From NCBI RefSeq assembly GCF_023055435.1, contig NW_025963890.1, positions 62,558,001 to 62,622,000 on the forward strand: 64,000 nt of DNA, read 5' to 3'. Positions 37,976 to 50,642 of the stretch are shown here, piece after piece. Made by a program: the position numbers and the translations under genes. Under the pieces are notes generated by a model. The model did no database searches. It was given only the letters and a program-made list of their open reading frames with translations, and was not told where the DNA came from. The number at the start of each line of letters is the position of its first letter. Position 1 is the first letter of the stretch. This stretch comes from Haliotis rufescens. Taxonomy: Eukaryota.

Positions 37976-40189
37976 TCCATAGTAATCCGTGCAAATAAAA
38001 CTGAGTAATGAAATAGAAGTCTGACATGCCAGTTAAAAGATAGAGTGTTGCAGCTTCTGATTTCATAGATCTTCAAGAAGGGTTATCAATAATGGGATGG
38101 GTGATGAGTTCAACTGCATACGCTGTGATTAACAATGATGCTCCGAGTCAATACATTTTGTCAAATGTATGACATGTATTACGTGAATGAACATATTGTT
38201 TATACTCGTCTATGTTTTTGACGGACAAAATAATTTACATGCTCGGTAAAACTGAGGACGGGCATCATTGTGTGTTTCCGTGCTTTGTTCAGGTGAACAA
38301 TTGACTTGTCCATGCATGTTTTGTGACGGGTGCCACTTGTGTGGCAGGATACGCTCACCATTGGAGGACTTGAACCACTTCGGATTTTTATCCCACATCA
38401 GTCTGATACACCATGATATAACTGAAATACTGAAATACTGTACAGTTGAAAATGATGTTTAATGCGATTACCGTAGTGTGTTACTGCAACTGTTCATATT
38501 TTGTGCAGTGATGTTATGTAATATGTAAAAGAAAGCATATTCAATTATCCAATTGATTTAAATAGAATATACTTGCGTCAGTGTATTTTATTAACGCCCC
38601 AAATCGTAATTTAAACACATAAAATAACAGATCACGCATGGTGCCTTGACCTACTACTAGATTTAACGGGCCACCCCGGAATAAAATAGTTCCCCCAAAG
38701 CGAGGAACATATGTTTTAGTATGTTTACAAGAAATATATTTCACAACAATATCCTCATTAGATGAGAAGATCTTTTACAGAATTACCTCAGTAAGTCAAT
38801 TACAATGACAGAGCGTCGTAATACATTTACATCAAGTACAATACGTCAAAATGGCCGACACGATAAACGTGACGGGAGATATTTTCGAAGTTGTTAATTA
38901 ACCTGTGGCTATTTCAAGCCTTTGGCATCACTGATCAATTGGCAGATCATTGAAAGGTGATTGTGAAGATGTGTCAAATAGATACTAAGGTAAATTCATA
39001 GATTTCTGTAAATTGTCACTGCGACAGTTTGGATTTTTTTTCGTGTTTTTTCTCTCTGGGATGGGTTGCAGCGAGGGTATCCTTAAATGGGCTTGCAACC
39101 ACGCTTCTGTATGAATTCGTACCAGGGAATTCCAAGGGTTTTCCCCAGGAATGTGGAAGTAGTCAGTGTTTACGCCTTTTTAAGAATACAGTCACGTGAA
39201 GAACGTCATGTGACCGACCTCGCGTCCAAGTCGTATAACTTGTAAACTTCACATTTAAAAATAAGTTATTGTTATAACCAAATGAAACACAACCCATTAT
39301 CCGATAGGGGTAACTGTACATAGCCGTTACCACAATAAACTTAGTAACATTGTTTGGTTTGACTTCTTGGCGCGTGTCTGAATTCCATTAACATGTAACA
39401 TATCCTAAAACTAGCTTATCAGCAAATCTCGCTGCACTGCGCGCGACAGATACAAGAGCAAGGCATGCCAGAAATACGAAACCTAAAGCTTCCGAAAGGA
39501 AGCCTTGGACATCACGTGCGTCGGGGGACCAGCGCCATCTGATTGGCCGTTAACAGTTGTACAAGGCGGAGTAAAAAGCATCGTTTTTCCGTCCATTTTA
39601 CGCTTGAAAAACTCGACCCTTTTCTGGACACTTTCTAGACGCTGACCAATTAATCAATTTTAATGAATTTTTAGTCGTTTTTCCGTCCAATGACCATATA
39701 CGGAAAAAACGACGTTTTCGTGTTTGCAGTGTGTATCACTTGGTCAAACGTGATCCCTTGAAGACACAATTACAAAACGGGCATTTCTTCTCAAATTGTC
39801 ATTAGACCAACAAAATTCCAAAATCTGTGAGAATTTGTCTGTCCCCAGTTTAAAACCCAGAAACCGGTAGTATAGTAGTGAGTAAGTGAGTGAACAAGTG
39901 AGATTTTACGCAGCTTTTAGCAGTATTCCAGGAGTAGCACGTTTAGTCGCCTCTTACACCGAACATGGGTTACTGAAGACGGGTCATATCATATCATATA
40001 TCTAGACTCATATCTAGACTCAACAACACATGTCAGTATGTATCTATGATCTTTAATCAATCGTTCAAGGAATCACCAACATCTTCGTATATCAACACTG
40101 AATTAGCATGCAAGAAAATCAGAAAATCAGAAAATCAAACGCAAAATATGAAGCGTGGGTCTTTAATGTGTAGCCCAGCATACTCTGTG

Positions 40190-40483
40190 TCAACACCACC
40201 CAGGACTCCATACACCACCATAGTATTTTGGGTTCGCGTTGGGAACGGGACAATTGCTCTGTGCCGGAACACGGGTCTTCTTCCAGGTTTCCATCCTTTC
40301 CTTCATCATGTCCACTAACTCAGGGTACTTCGCTGAGAGGTCGAAGTGTTCAGTTGGATCTGCAGTAGTATGAAGGGAGGGAACATATGGTTATCAGTTT
40401 GATATACATCTTCGTCTCCCATATGTGGCAAATGAGCCCAACCATTATGATCCCCCGGACTCCCTTGTATGAGTTTTAGATCT
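40190..40483 (-). pseudogene. Arylsulfatase B-like 3' remnant (last ~95 codons)
   Basis: DLKLIQGSPGDHNGWA..TADPTEHFDLSAKYPELVDMMKE..ANPKYYGGVWSPGWC* with small deletions. Upstream part is replaced at a SINE fragment. Confidence 0.92.
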
Positions 40484-41419
40484 TCTCTTACACGACTAAC
40501 ATGGGTTGCTGAAGACCTATTCTACCCCCGATGTTCACAGGGCTAACTGTTTAATGATTGTTATAAGAGCCGACCACACGTATGCTGGGTATTGTCAGGC
40601 ATTCTGGTGGAATAAAAACTGATGTACAGCTGCAGTTTAAGCCCCAACACTTTTCTCAAGTTTGCTTTGTATTGATCTTTTATCAACCATATGTTACCAT
40701 ATTTAGCCACTCCCTATTATTTGCTTGCTGATAAGTGTAGGTCAAATATTTCCTCTGAGGCTCGGCAGAAATCAAAAAGTAATTAAATATTAAACAAATG
40801 TGACCTATTCAATAATATATCATCAGATGATCTTCCTTCAGAGACAATCTGAAGCGTAATGTTTCATGATAACTGATGTCATCATGTTAATGTTAATTTA
40901 ATAAATCGTCCTATGGGTTTTTTTCCATTTGGTGGAATGTTTGGAAAACGACATATTGATGTCTTGTTGCCAAACAACAAAGTGTCATGAGCACTTCAAA
41001 CTTCTTCCTATGATATTTGAATGTGTGTTAAACGATTTGAGCTTAAAAGAAACGAATTACATGGCGGCTACTCACACTGTCTTCACTTTACTAGTGGTCC
41101 CATTAACTGTGTTCTCTCTATCACTTCATTACTGCCACTACTTCTAGGAATATTGCACTGTGAAGATCCGCGTTAGAATTGGACTTCACCAACCCATGTT
41201 TGTCGTTAGAGGCGACTAACGGGATCGGGTTGATCTATGTTATCGTATCCCAATTGCGTAGATCAGTGCTCATGATGTCAATCACTGGGCCGTCTGTTCC
41301 AAACTCGATTATTTACAGACCGCCGTAATATAGCTGGAATATTGCTGAGTGTGGCGTTTGGCAACAGACAAATCTAGGAATAGGGCTATAATAATAGGAC
41401 ACCTTCTCCTATTACAACA

Positions 41420-41787
41420 CACCACCTCCGTTGTCTAGTGGTAGAGCGTTCGCCCGGAGAGCGGAAGGTCCGGTGTTTGATCCCCGGGTTCTTCATACCA
41501 AAAGACGTTAAAAGATTGTACTTATTGTTAAACTGATGCGCTGGGCATTAATGGAACAAAATAAGAACAGGTCGGTTCAGAGTCAGTATATTACTGTGTC
41601 TGAATTGGGTAATGTTAAACTTCGGCATGGTATCTCAGTGGGCTAGCACTATAAAATCGACATTAGTACGGACTAGTACTAGCAACAACACACATTCACA
41701 CACACACACGTGCATGCTATATAACGTATCTGTGTAAGTGCATTAAACTTCGAGGCGGCATTAAACCCTATTTCACCTCACATCACT
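41420..41787 (+). mobile_element. tRNA-derived SINE family 2, full length
   Basis: A/B-box head. 10-bp TSD TATTACAACA at 41410-19 and 41788-97. Confidence 0.9.
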
Positions 41788-41963
41788 TATTACAACAATA
41801 AAGGGTATTTTTATAACTTATGTAAACAAGGTGATATACTTAATATATTTGCAGATTAATATCACAGACAATTTATCTATTTATTTCAATATCTTTACTC
41901 CAGAATCCGAATCGGAAAATACATAAACATCTTTGATTTTGAAAGTGTCTTGACACAGCTGAA

Positions 41964-42187
41964 TCAGCACCAGCCAGAACTTCATGCGTCGCTATAGTAT
42001 TTGGGGTTCGCAGTTGGAACAACAGAAGGGTACAATTGCCTGTTCTTATTGTGAAAGCCAATGGACTTACAGATGATACAGTTTACACTAAAAGAAAAAT
42101 TCAATGACGAGCGTTACAACGTAATGCTGTTTGATTTGCCCGGCAGGTGCTTTGGTGCATTGACCATTATAACGCTATCTTGCAGTC
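41964..42187 (-). pseudogene. Old, heavily eroded arylsulfatase remnant
   Basis: 41964-42020 translates VPTANPKYYSDA*SSGWC*. 42121-42187 matches the LQD..VN.KHLP.N segment. Confidence 0.7.
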
Positions 42188-42734
42188 AATGTTACACATT
42201 ATCTGGATTGCCAGAGCAATGCAATGACTAAGAAGATGAACCAGACCACCGGCATGTTGAAAACCGGAAATTCACAATACATTTAGTCAAACAGTTTTGA
42301 TTTTACAATCCCTTCCATTACAGCTATGTTAGTGGTCGGGGTTGATTCATACTACCATATAACGGTAAATTTGGTTAACCAAGTTAAAAAAAAGTCACTT
42401 ATACCAACTTGCCAAAAGGGATAAGGTATCGCTAGACTTTGTGTTCCATACACAACTATGAGAGGCTTTTCTGACCGTCAACGTCTAGACGCCAGACATG
42501 TGTCTAACAAACGTCTATTGTACTAACAAAATCGGTTCCAGGCTCATTTCTGCAAACTTATTTACAAGTCAAAGAATTGAACCAGGAACAGGAGAATTAC
42601 TTTTATTTGAAAACGCATGAATTTCAAAGTTGATGCAGTTTACACAATTCAAGATAGAAATTCAGTGAGGAGCGTCACAGCATAGTGTTATAATTATATC
42701 ATTTAGTTTTTGCATTTGTGAAACATTGGTTGTG

Positions 42735-44177
42735 TCAACACCACCCAGGGTTCCATACATCGCCGTAGTATTTTGGGTTCGCTCTGGGAACATGAGTAGG
42801 ATCCTGGGCCGGGACACGGGTTTTCTTCCAGTTCTCCAGCCTCTTCTTCATCATGTCCACTAGCTCAGGGTACTTAGCTGAGAGGTCGAAGTGTTCAGTT
42901 GGATCTGCAGTAATGTTATACAGCATGAAGGGAGGAAACGTTTGGTTGTCAGCTTCATACACACGTTCATCAACTCCCAGATGTGGCAATGGAGCCCAAC
43001 CATTGTGATCTCCCGGACTCCCTTGCATGAGTTTGAGATCTCCGTACCTTATTGCAGCTGCTTCCCGCTCGTCATAGATGTTGTAGACGAACTCATTCCG
43101 TTTGGTGGATCCGCCATTGATGAGCATGTCGTACTGACTGACTCCGTCCATGTTGGGGTCTGTGCTCTCTCCACCAGCCAACTCCACCAATGTCGGATAC
43201 CAGTCCACAGCATGCATCATTCCAGTATTGAGGTAGCCCGTCTTCTTCAGAAGGGTTTTACTGTAGATGAATCCAGTGCCTTTCGTTCCCCCTTCCCACA
43301 GTGTATTTTTAGCTCCTCGTAAAGGCAAGTTATTAGAAGCTCTATACGTAGGACCACCATTGTCGGTTGTAAAGACCAACAACAGATTGTCCATGAGACC
43401 TTTGTCTTCTAATGCCTTGGTGATATTCCCAACAGCTTCGTCTAAGGCACTCACCATTCCACAATAAATCCTTCTGCTTTTGGTTTCTATGTTCTTGTAC
43501 ATGTTTTCATATTTAGGTGGAACTTCAAGAGGTGCATGTACAGACTGAAATGGAAGGTACAGATAAAGTGGCTTACTGTTGTCGTGGTTCTCAATGATTT
43601 CAACAGCCCGGCTCGCAAATACATATGCAGAATAGGTCCCATTTGCGTCTCTGTACACAGTATTGTTGTAGCGAAAATCCAGCCCCAATTCATTTTTATT
43701 TCCCTCTGACATGTGAGTAAAATACTCCTCCGCACCAGTGTAATATCCAAGATAGGAATCAAAGCCTCTCTCTGTGGGTGTATATTTCCAGTTACAGAAG
43801 CCAAGATGCCACTTCCCAACCATGTGAGCATCATAGCCGAGTTGTTTCAGTTTCTGTGGTATTGTTGTTAGATTGGCTGGCAGGTGTTTCGCTGAATTTG
43901 ACGAAACAACGCCATCTTGTAGTCCAGTGTGATAGGGGAAATATCCCGACATGAAGCAGTTTCTGGAGGGCGAACACAAAGGCTGAACGTAAGAAGAGTT
44001 GAGAATGACTCCCGCTTTGGCCAGTCTGTCCAGGTTGGGGGTGATCATTTGAGGGTTCCGAAATCCAACATCGTTCCAGCCGAGGTCATCAGCGACTATA
44101 AATATAATGTGAGGTTTCTCTGCACATTCACAGAAAACAAAAGTCAGAACAATACATAGAGCTTTTCGGAGACTCAT
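42735..44177 (-). CDS. ARSB: Arylsulfatase B-like sulfatase, intronless, signal peptide, 480 aa (copy D)
   Basis: Uninterrupted ORF MSLRKALCIVL..WNPGWC. All catalytic motifs intact. Confidence 0.95.
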   Translation of the reverse strand: MSLRKALCIVLTFVFCECAEKPHIIFIVADDLGWNDVGFRNPQMITPNLDRLAKAGVILNSSYVQPLCSPSRNCFMSGYFPYHTGLQDGVVSSNSAKHLPANLTTIPQKLKQLGYDAHMVGKWHLGFCNWKYTPTERGFDSYLGYYTGAEEYFTHMSEGNKNELGLDFRYNNTVYRDANGTYSAYVFASRAVEIIENHDNSKPLYLYLPFQSVHAPLEVPPKYENMYKNIETKSRRIYCGMVSALDEAVGNITKALEDKGLMDNLLLVFTTDNGGPTYRASNNLPLRGAKNTLWEGGTKGTGFIYSKTLLKKTGYLNTGMMHAVDWYPTLVELAGGESTDPNMDGVSQYDMLINGGSTKRNEFVYNIYDEREAAAIRYGDLKLMQGSPGDHNGWAPLPHLGVDERVYEADNQTFPPFMLYNITADPTEHFDLSAKYPELVDMMKKRLENWKKTRVPAQDPTHVPRANPKYYGDVWNPGWC

Positions 44178-45239
44178 TTTGCTTCTGCTCGATGTGGTAC
44201 ATTTTACTTCTTTTTAAAGGTTTCCAATAGATAACGCGCATCGTGACAAGCCTAGATCTTGCCAAATTTGTCCGTGTGATTACCAGGTAGATAGTGTCAA
44301 AATATATACCACAGAATATGTGCAGATGTTGTAAACATGAATTTTTCACAATACATATCAGTGAAACCATGGCACCTATGATACATGATATTCTTCAAGC
44401 TAAGCTTCTTAACAATATTGGCAGAACTTGACAATCTTGTTGCTATTGAACATGTGGCTAAACTACATTTTCAAACATCCTTGTATGTCATATTTACTTT
44501 AAAATTCACTGTACATATGTCTATTTTGTTATGCGAGCATATAACCCAAATACACAATACCACCAAAAACATATGTGGAAGAAATAATTACACTTTTTCT
44601 TGACTTGACTTTACACACCTATCATATTGTATATTGTGCATATGAACGAGGCCTACAAAATAGTTCTACATCTCAAGGTGTTCATGTCACACATTTATAG
44701 CTGCACCTCCTTTCCTTCTGCGTCATTGCCTTTTATCACGGTATTTATGTTTTGATAAGCTTGAAATATACTCACCGCCAAAAGACACACGAACCACAGT
44801 TCACACAACATACCCGTATGTTCGTTTGTGCATCCAGCCAATCTAAGATCTCTTGAATCTGAGTAATTCTTCATATACAACCAACATGTATAGTATTCGC
44901 GTGTCTTCAATCAGTGACTATACAGTAGTTTGGAATAACTGTGAACAGTGTTGGGTGGGTTGTCCTGTGTTGTGGTACGTATCTAACATCAAACCGGGGA
45001 AAGAGAGTAAAAGGAGACATTGGGCATCTGCAACCTGCAGAAGAAAGAATATGTATTCTTAATTTTAAAATGAGTGAAGATGAATATCCTGTAATATCCA
45101 AATTGCCTGTTAATTATGCAATTATGGCAAAACTCATTCTTTGAATTATTTTAAAGTTTTACCTGACGGGTTCTCCGCACCTTTTCACTCGCAAGAGTTG
45201 GATCAGGTGGTCAGTCTGATGACTGGTCATCGTACCTTG

Positions 45240-45390
45240 TGGCCCGAAACAGTGCTCATGCTTTTGCAATATTGATAGAACTACCAGTAAAAATATATCA
45301 ATTACTGTCATTTGGCCCGAAACAGTGCTCATGCTTTTGCAATATTGATAGAACTACCAGTAAAAGTATATCAATTACTGTCATTTGGCC
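45240..45390. repeat. 73-bp tandem duplication (two copies, one mismatch)
   Basis: TGGCCCGAAACAGTGCTC..ACTGTCATT starts at 45240 and 45313; TGGCC recurs at 45386. Confidence 0.95.
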
Positions 45391-45715
45391 ACATTTGAAC
45401 CACAGTTATCGGCAGTGAATGGACCCTTCCAGAATGGCTGTGTATTGGAATTAGAATTATATTTCGTAAACTGAAATAAGGTCTAAATGTGATTATCCCT
45501 GGCTTTCGGCGGAAGTCATAAGCCTTGCAAAGTCATGTGAGAAAAAAACGAGATCTCGTCCTTGATTCTCTGGCTTCCGAAGACACAAACGTTGATACTT
45601 CGTGCTCGCCTTATGTTTTTTTTTATTGTGAGCAATCTTCGATGGTGTTTCTTGATTCTTGCTCTTTTTGTGACTTCTATTTTTGGCATACGTCCTTTCT
45701 TCTGTTTTAAACCGT

Positions 45716-46890
45716 CATGAGACCAGATCGTTCATCGGGTTCCGATGGTGAAGACAGAATTCCGGCTAGCCAAAAGCTTGGACGCCATGTGCCTCACGTC
45801 CACCACTTCAGTGAAACCCACGGGCACGGGTATGGTGCTGACAAACCTAGAAACATGATCGGGGCGAACTGGGATTCGAACCCACAATCATAGGTTTCTG
45901 GCGTACCCAAGGGACGCAACTCTGCACAGCGAATCGCGGCGCCTCAGACGACTGGGCCACCCGTGCCCCCTCATCGCAAAAGAAGTGACAGTAACCCTAG
46001 AGGTTCTCCTTCCGGTAGCTCTTCATCCATGTAGTGACAGTAATTCGTCAGAATCGTCAGCTTCGGACGATTGTGAAACCAATAATCGTTATAATAGTAC
46101 TCACAATCACCTTTATAAGCGGTTTAAGCCCACAGATAATAGGGCTGAACAGGAACTGTCTGACGAACTGCTAGATTATCCACATGAACATTTCAACCAC
46201 TACATTAAAGATGAAGTTATCAACAAGAACATATTAGAGAGTTGTCCAACCCCAAAAGGATTTGTGCCAATGGAGTTTGATGAAAACTGGTCAGATATGC
46301 TAGAAGAGAAAAGGTTTACTGCAGCTAAATCTGTTGAAGTAGGGTTAAGTAAAATCCAATCAAGACTACTCATGTGATGGGACCACTTGGTCAGGTTTGG
46401 CAGACTGTGGATAAAGGTGGTGACGAGATTGATGTGAACGACTTTCTGAAATTAGTTGAAAATACTGTTTGTTTGTTGGGACAAGCCAACGTTGCCACTA
46501 CCTTTTAGAGAAGACTGGACATTCTAACGAAGCTGATGAAAAGTCAGAAGAAAGCTCAGACATGTTTCTCCAAGAATGAGAAAAGATTCAGTGACAAGAA
46601 GGCCTTGTTTGGCAAAGATTTTTAATTGTTAAAACTGTCCAAGGACAGACAGAGAGGATTAGATATTGAGAGACAGTTTTCAGACTAGAAAAACAAGAGT
46701 CACTATGGCTTCAAGAGCTCTGCTAGAGGGTTTTACAGATGAAACACACCGGCCCTTTCACAGAGGGCCCTCGTCAGTTTACCAGGGTTACAGTGGTGGG
46801 GGTCGCTACAGTACCAACTAATGCCAGAAGATGCGACTTACCAACTCGACTAGAAAGCGAGACGGAGGTAGCAGAGGCAGAGGATCGTGC
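45716..46890 (+). mobile_element. DIRS-like (tyrosine-recombinase retrotransposon) ORF1/gag remnant, interrupted by a SINE
   Basis: LSKIQSRLL, frameshift, then VMGPLGQVW..VCLLGQANVATTF*RRLDIL..ALFGKDF and an RG-rich tail, the pattern I associate with DIRS ORF1. No RT or YR seen. Confidence 0.6.
45800..45970 (-). mobile_element. SINE family 3 (tRNA-Leu-like head)
   Basis: Closely matches 17005-17176; B box GGTTCGAATCCC. Confidence 0.85.
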
Positions 46891-47209
46891 CTTGATTAGT
46901 GTTGCGTTGATACGTTCTGAGTTTGTTAGGAGACAAACTATCCTTTTGGTCTCAAAATATGTCAAGACATTCTGCATTACCCGCGAAAAGCTATATGCGT
47001 TGAAACGTTAACGTGAGGCAAAATTGTTTTCTACCCATATTTTCTGGAACAATTCATTAAAAAAGCACAGCCCCTGTCTGAATCTCGTCTATCTGGTGAT
47101 GCAGGAACCCACTGTAAACTGTAATAAGAGTAACAGATGCATGTCTCATATAACGTTGGATGCAGTGAATCTGCTGTTGACGAGGTTTATGAGCTTTGTG
47201 ACAAACTAT

Positions 47210-47650
47210 GAATTGAAGATCTTAGTGCTAAAAGGGACCAAAATGCACTTTGGCGCTCTTTGCATATTATTGCATAAATAATATCTATGAGTTCTTGTAT
47301 ACCTGTAGACAATTTTTGTATGTTTTTAAAGATGCGTGTTTATAAGATAGCTACTTAAAATTCTATGAAACGGCCAAAGTCACTTTCGACCCTCACAAAA
47401 ATTAAAAACGTAAGTTTCTTTTCTTTTTTGGTGTCCCCCGCTGTGATATCGCTGGAATATTGCTAAAAGTGGCGTAAAACCATACTCACTCACTCACTTT
47501 TTTAAATGTTTTATAACAACATTTATATCTCTGCTGTCAGAATGCGTTAATGTCTAGGAATTAAAAATTCAATAACAGGATATGGCTATATAACTTTTCT
47601 CAAAACAGACCCAACATGACATTGGCCCTTATGGCTCTGAGCTCTTCAAT
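47210..47650. mobile_element. Possible old MITE
   Basis: Imperfect ~29-bp inverted termini ATTGAAGATCTTAGTGCTAAAAGGGACCAA / TTGGCCCTTATGGCTCTGAGCTCTTCAAT. No clear TSD. Confidence 0.4.
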
Positions 47651-47967
47651 GATGATAAACGTTTTTGCATAATAAATTTGTGAACTCCAATCAACATTGA
47701 CGATTCATAATAACAAGGCAATCGATTATGAGAAAACTAATTATGAGCTTATCCGTTTTAACAACCTCAGTAAACTGCTAAACCTAGGGTTCAATGACCA
47801 CAAGAAACATCTCATCTGTTTCACATTTAGATATATGCATAAAGATTTAGGAAGACAAAACGATGTCCACAAGATGACTTCAACTTTCCAATAGTCAACT
47901 TTCCTTTTATGTAAAATAATAACCCAGCAGCTCCAGCTCCAAAGTCTGTATATTACAACTTTTGAGA

Positions 47968-48232
47968 CCCGTGAAGATCCGGGTTAGAATAGGTCTTCAG
48001 CAACCCATGCTTGCCGTAAAAGGTAACTATGCTTGTCGTAAAAGGCGACTAACGGGATCGGGTGGTCAGGCTCGCTGACTTGGTTGATGCAGGTCATCGA
48101 TCCCAATTGCGTGGATCGATGCTCATGATATCAATCACTGGATTGTCTGGTCTAGACTCGATTATTTACAGACCGCCGTGATATAGCTGGGATATTGCTG
48201 AGTGCGGCGTAAAACAAAACACCAACCAACCA
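47968..48232 (+). mobile_element. SINE family 1, full length
   Basis: TSD ACAACTTTT(T)GA at 47955-65 and 48233-44. Inserted in a PLE remnant whose uninterrupted form is at ~5828-40. Confidence 0.9.
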
Positions 48233-50642
48233 ACAACTTTTTGAAGTACAATCGAGCATGCTCTTTCTACGACGATTTCAAAGAGTCTTATGCCTCTTGC
48301 GCAAAGGTTTTTGATCAGGGTTTTAACATACAAGGCTTCAGTAAAGCTTTCGAAAAGTTTTCTGGTAGACATGTGGAGGACGTTTGACGCATGAGTGACA
48401 AAAATGATGCAATACATTATTTGGACTTGTACGATATATCCCTGTGTATTTTCAGGTGAACAATTATCTTGCATTGAAACACTTTTCTTTACTTATAAAC
48501 ACCAGATGCTTATTTCTTTACACAACAGACATAATTCGAATTTCAGATCATTTCACATTTCACTGAAATCACTATGTGCGGCGTCAGGTGACAATTAAAC
48601 GTTGATTTATGCAATTTGTGAATGGCGGGTACTGCCGATAGTGCAGGATATGCCTACTCTTTTCACCAACTCTTGGTGTCAGTTTCAGTGATCCATTCAT
48701 ATCATTTTCACCGCTATTTTTCTTTTACGCCCAATGGAATCTGTTTCGGCAGCTGATCGATAGTGATTATTTTCTAGGGTTGACGTTGTATCTTTGCATG
48801 TGTTTGTGACTGATGCCACTGTTTGTACAGATTACGCTCTCCTTTTCGCTAACACCTAGCGTAACGGGTTGGGGATGGGGAGGTAGTCGTCAGGATGTTT
48901 ACTGTCCCTTCCCTACCGTCAGTTTCAAAGAGAGATTGTTAAAACGGATTTAAAAGAAAACTATAACAAATAATAAACGTCAATTGAAATCTTTACTTCT
49001 AGCTGTTGTTATGATTCATGGCAGTTACAATTTCAATACATACATGAACTAACTGCAAGTCGTACTCTATTTTGACGCTTGTCAGTTTTGACCGTTAGAT
49101 AATTAATTTCTACAAACTGTAGGTTTTGTTTATTTAATCTACTTGAAAAGAATAATTACTGTGTGCAAAGGCAGAGTCAATAATGCTGCATGGTAATTAT
49201 TATAAAAACAGTAAAATACGTCTATACACGTCTATAAAATGTCTACTCTCGCGAAACTTGCTGGGCCAAAAACTACAACTTACGTTAAGTCTGTTATTTG
49301 GAACGAGATTATAATCATGGTGACGTCACTTCCGGAAATACATGTAGCAGAAGACGCCAAAAGGGAGAATCGAAGAATGCGATTAAACACCAAATATACG
49401 ATGTAACAGTAATTTAGGATGGATGTAATCTACCCAATAATATGTCCAGGAAGGTGTTTACGTAAGTATTTTGGAATATATATTTTTACTTTAGCGGATT
49501 TAAAGCATGAAACAATCTCGGAATGAACTACACACCTTTGATCACGTAAGCGCCGATAGATCGCAGGACAATTTGAGTCGAACACTTGAGCTAACTATAG
49601 CTGTTAAATATTACGACGAAACGTTTAATTGATCTTATACCTACAATATACATAGTTTTTACACACAAGACGTGAATGTGATAATAATTAATCATTTCTT
49701 GGACAGCTATAAAAACTTCAAAACGATTTCGGAAACGTGGGCGAAAACCGAAGGTCTCGATCGTATACACCGAGCCTGAGTTTTACGCCTGGTATCACAT
49801 ATCACACATTTCATCCACAAGTTCAAAGTCAAAGGCACCCAAATAAAAACCAAAACCACAAAACAACAAGTTACCTGTTTTCGGGCGTGGGACAGATAAT
49901 GCTCACCTTTTCGCTAACAACTTGTATAACATATTACATATTTTCATCCACGAGTTCAACGTCAAAGGCAATAAATTTAAAAAATAAGATAAAAATAAAT
50001 AACAACGTACCTGTCGGTCATGTGAAACAATTTCAATGATTGTGCGAATAATGTCCAGGTATTGTAATTAGACCAATCTGAGGCTGTATCATGCCTTGTC
50101 CTTTGTATATTTTCCGTGAAAAATAATCAAGTGTATCTGTGTCTGTTTGGTGCTGGTGAAGATGGTAGCACATTAAGGTAAGCGACAAGATGATAAACAC
50201 CAACACAAAATGATAGCAGAACTGAATACTATCAGGAGAATGTTGATAACTTAATCATTCTGGACCATTTAATTGCAGTTTGTTTTTATGTGGATTTAAT
50301 TTGTTCATAAAATACTGGACACAAATTGTTCACTAAATGTGTTGTCTCTAAGTCCATGCTAGTCGGTCTCTTAGACCGTAGATAATAAATTACAAAATGA
50401 ACCCAACCTAGAATGAATTGATAAGTCTAGCATTTCCCTGGTCTCCTTTTGGACTGCAAAGTATCCACAGAACATTCAATATATTTATTTAACTCAATTA
50501 TTGTAACCATTCCATCTTCATTAAACGAAGTTGATGCAGTAAAGACTCGGTTTTACAAGTTCGTGTGACAGTTGGTATTTTGAAAATTGATATATTATAA
50601 GCGTATCTTTGATAAAGATAAATTGTCTGTTTGTAAGAGACA

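Larger units (their letters stand above)
27250..39731. mobile_element. 12.5-kb CACTA/EnSpm (CMC)-like DNA transposon, apparently non-autonomous or decayed
   Basis: ~58-bp TIRs CACTGCAAACACGAAAACGTCGTTTTTTTCCGTATATGGTCATTCGACGGAAAAACGAC and its inverse ending at 39731. 3-bp TSD TGT at 27247-49 and 39732-34. Joined flanks match the uninterrupted paralogous spacer near 14230. Confidence 0.85.

Noticed and set aside
45240-45390. CRISPR-like or regulatory repeat array
   Set aside because: Simple head-to-tail 73-bp duplication without spacers in a eukaryotic context.
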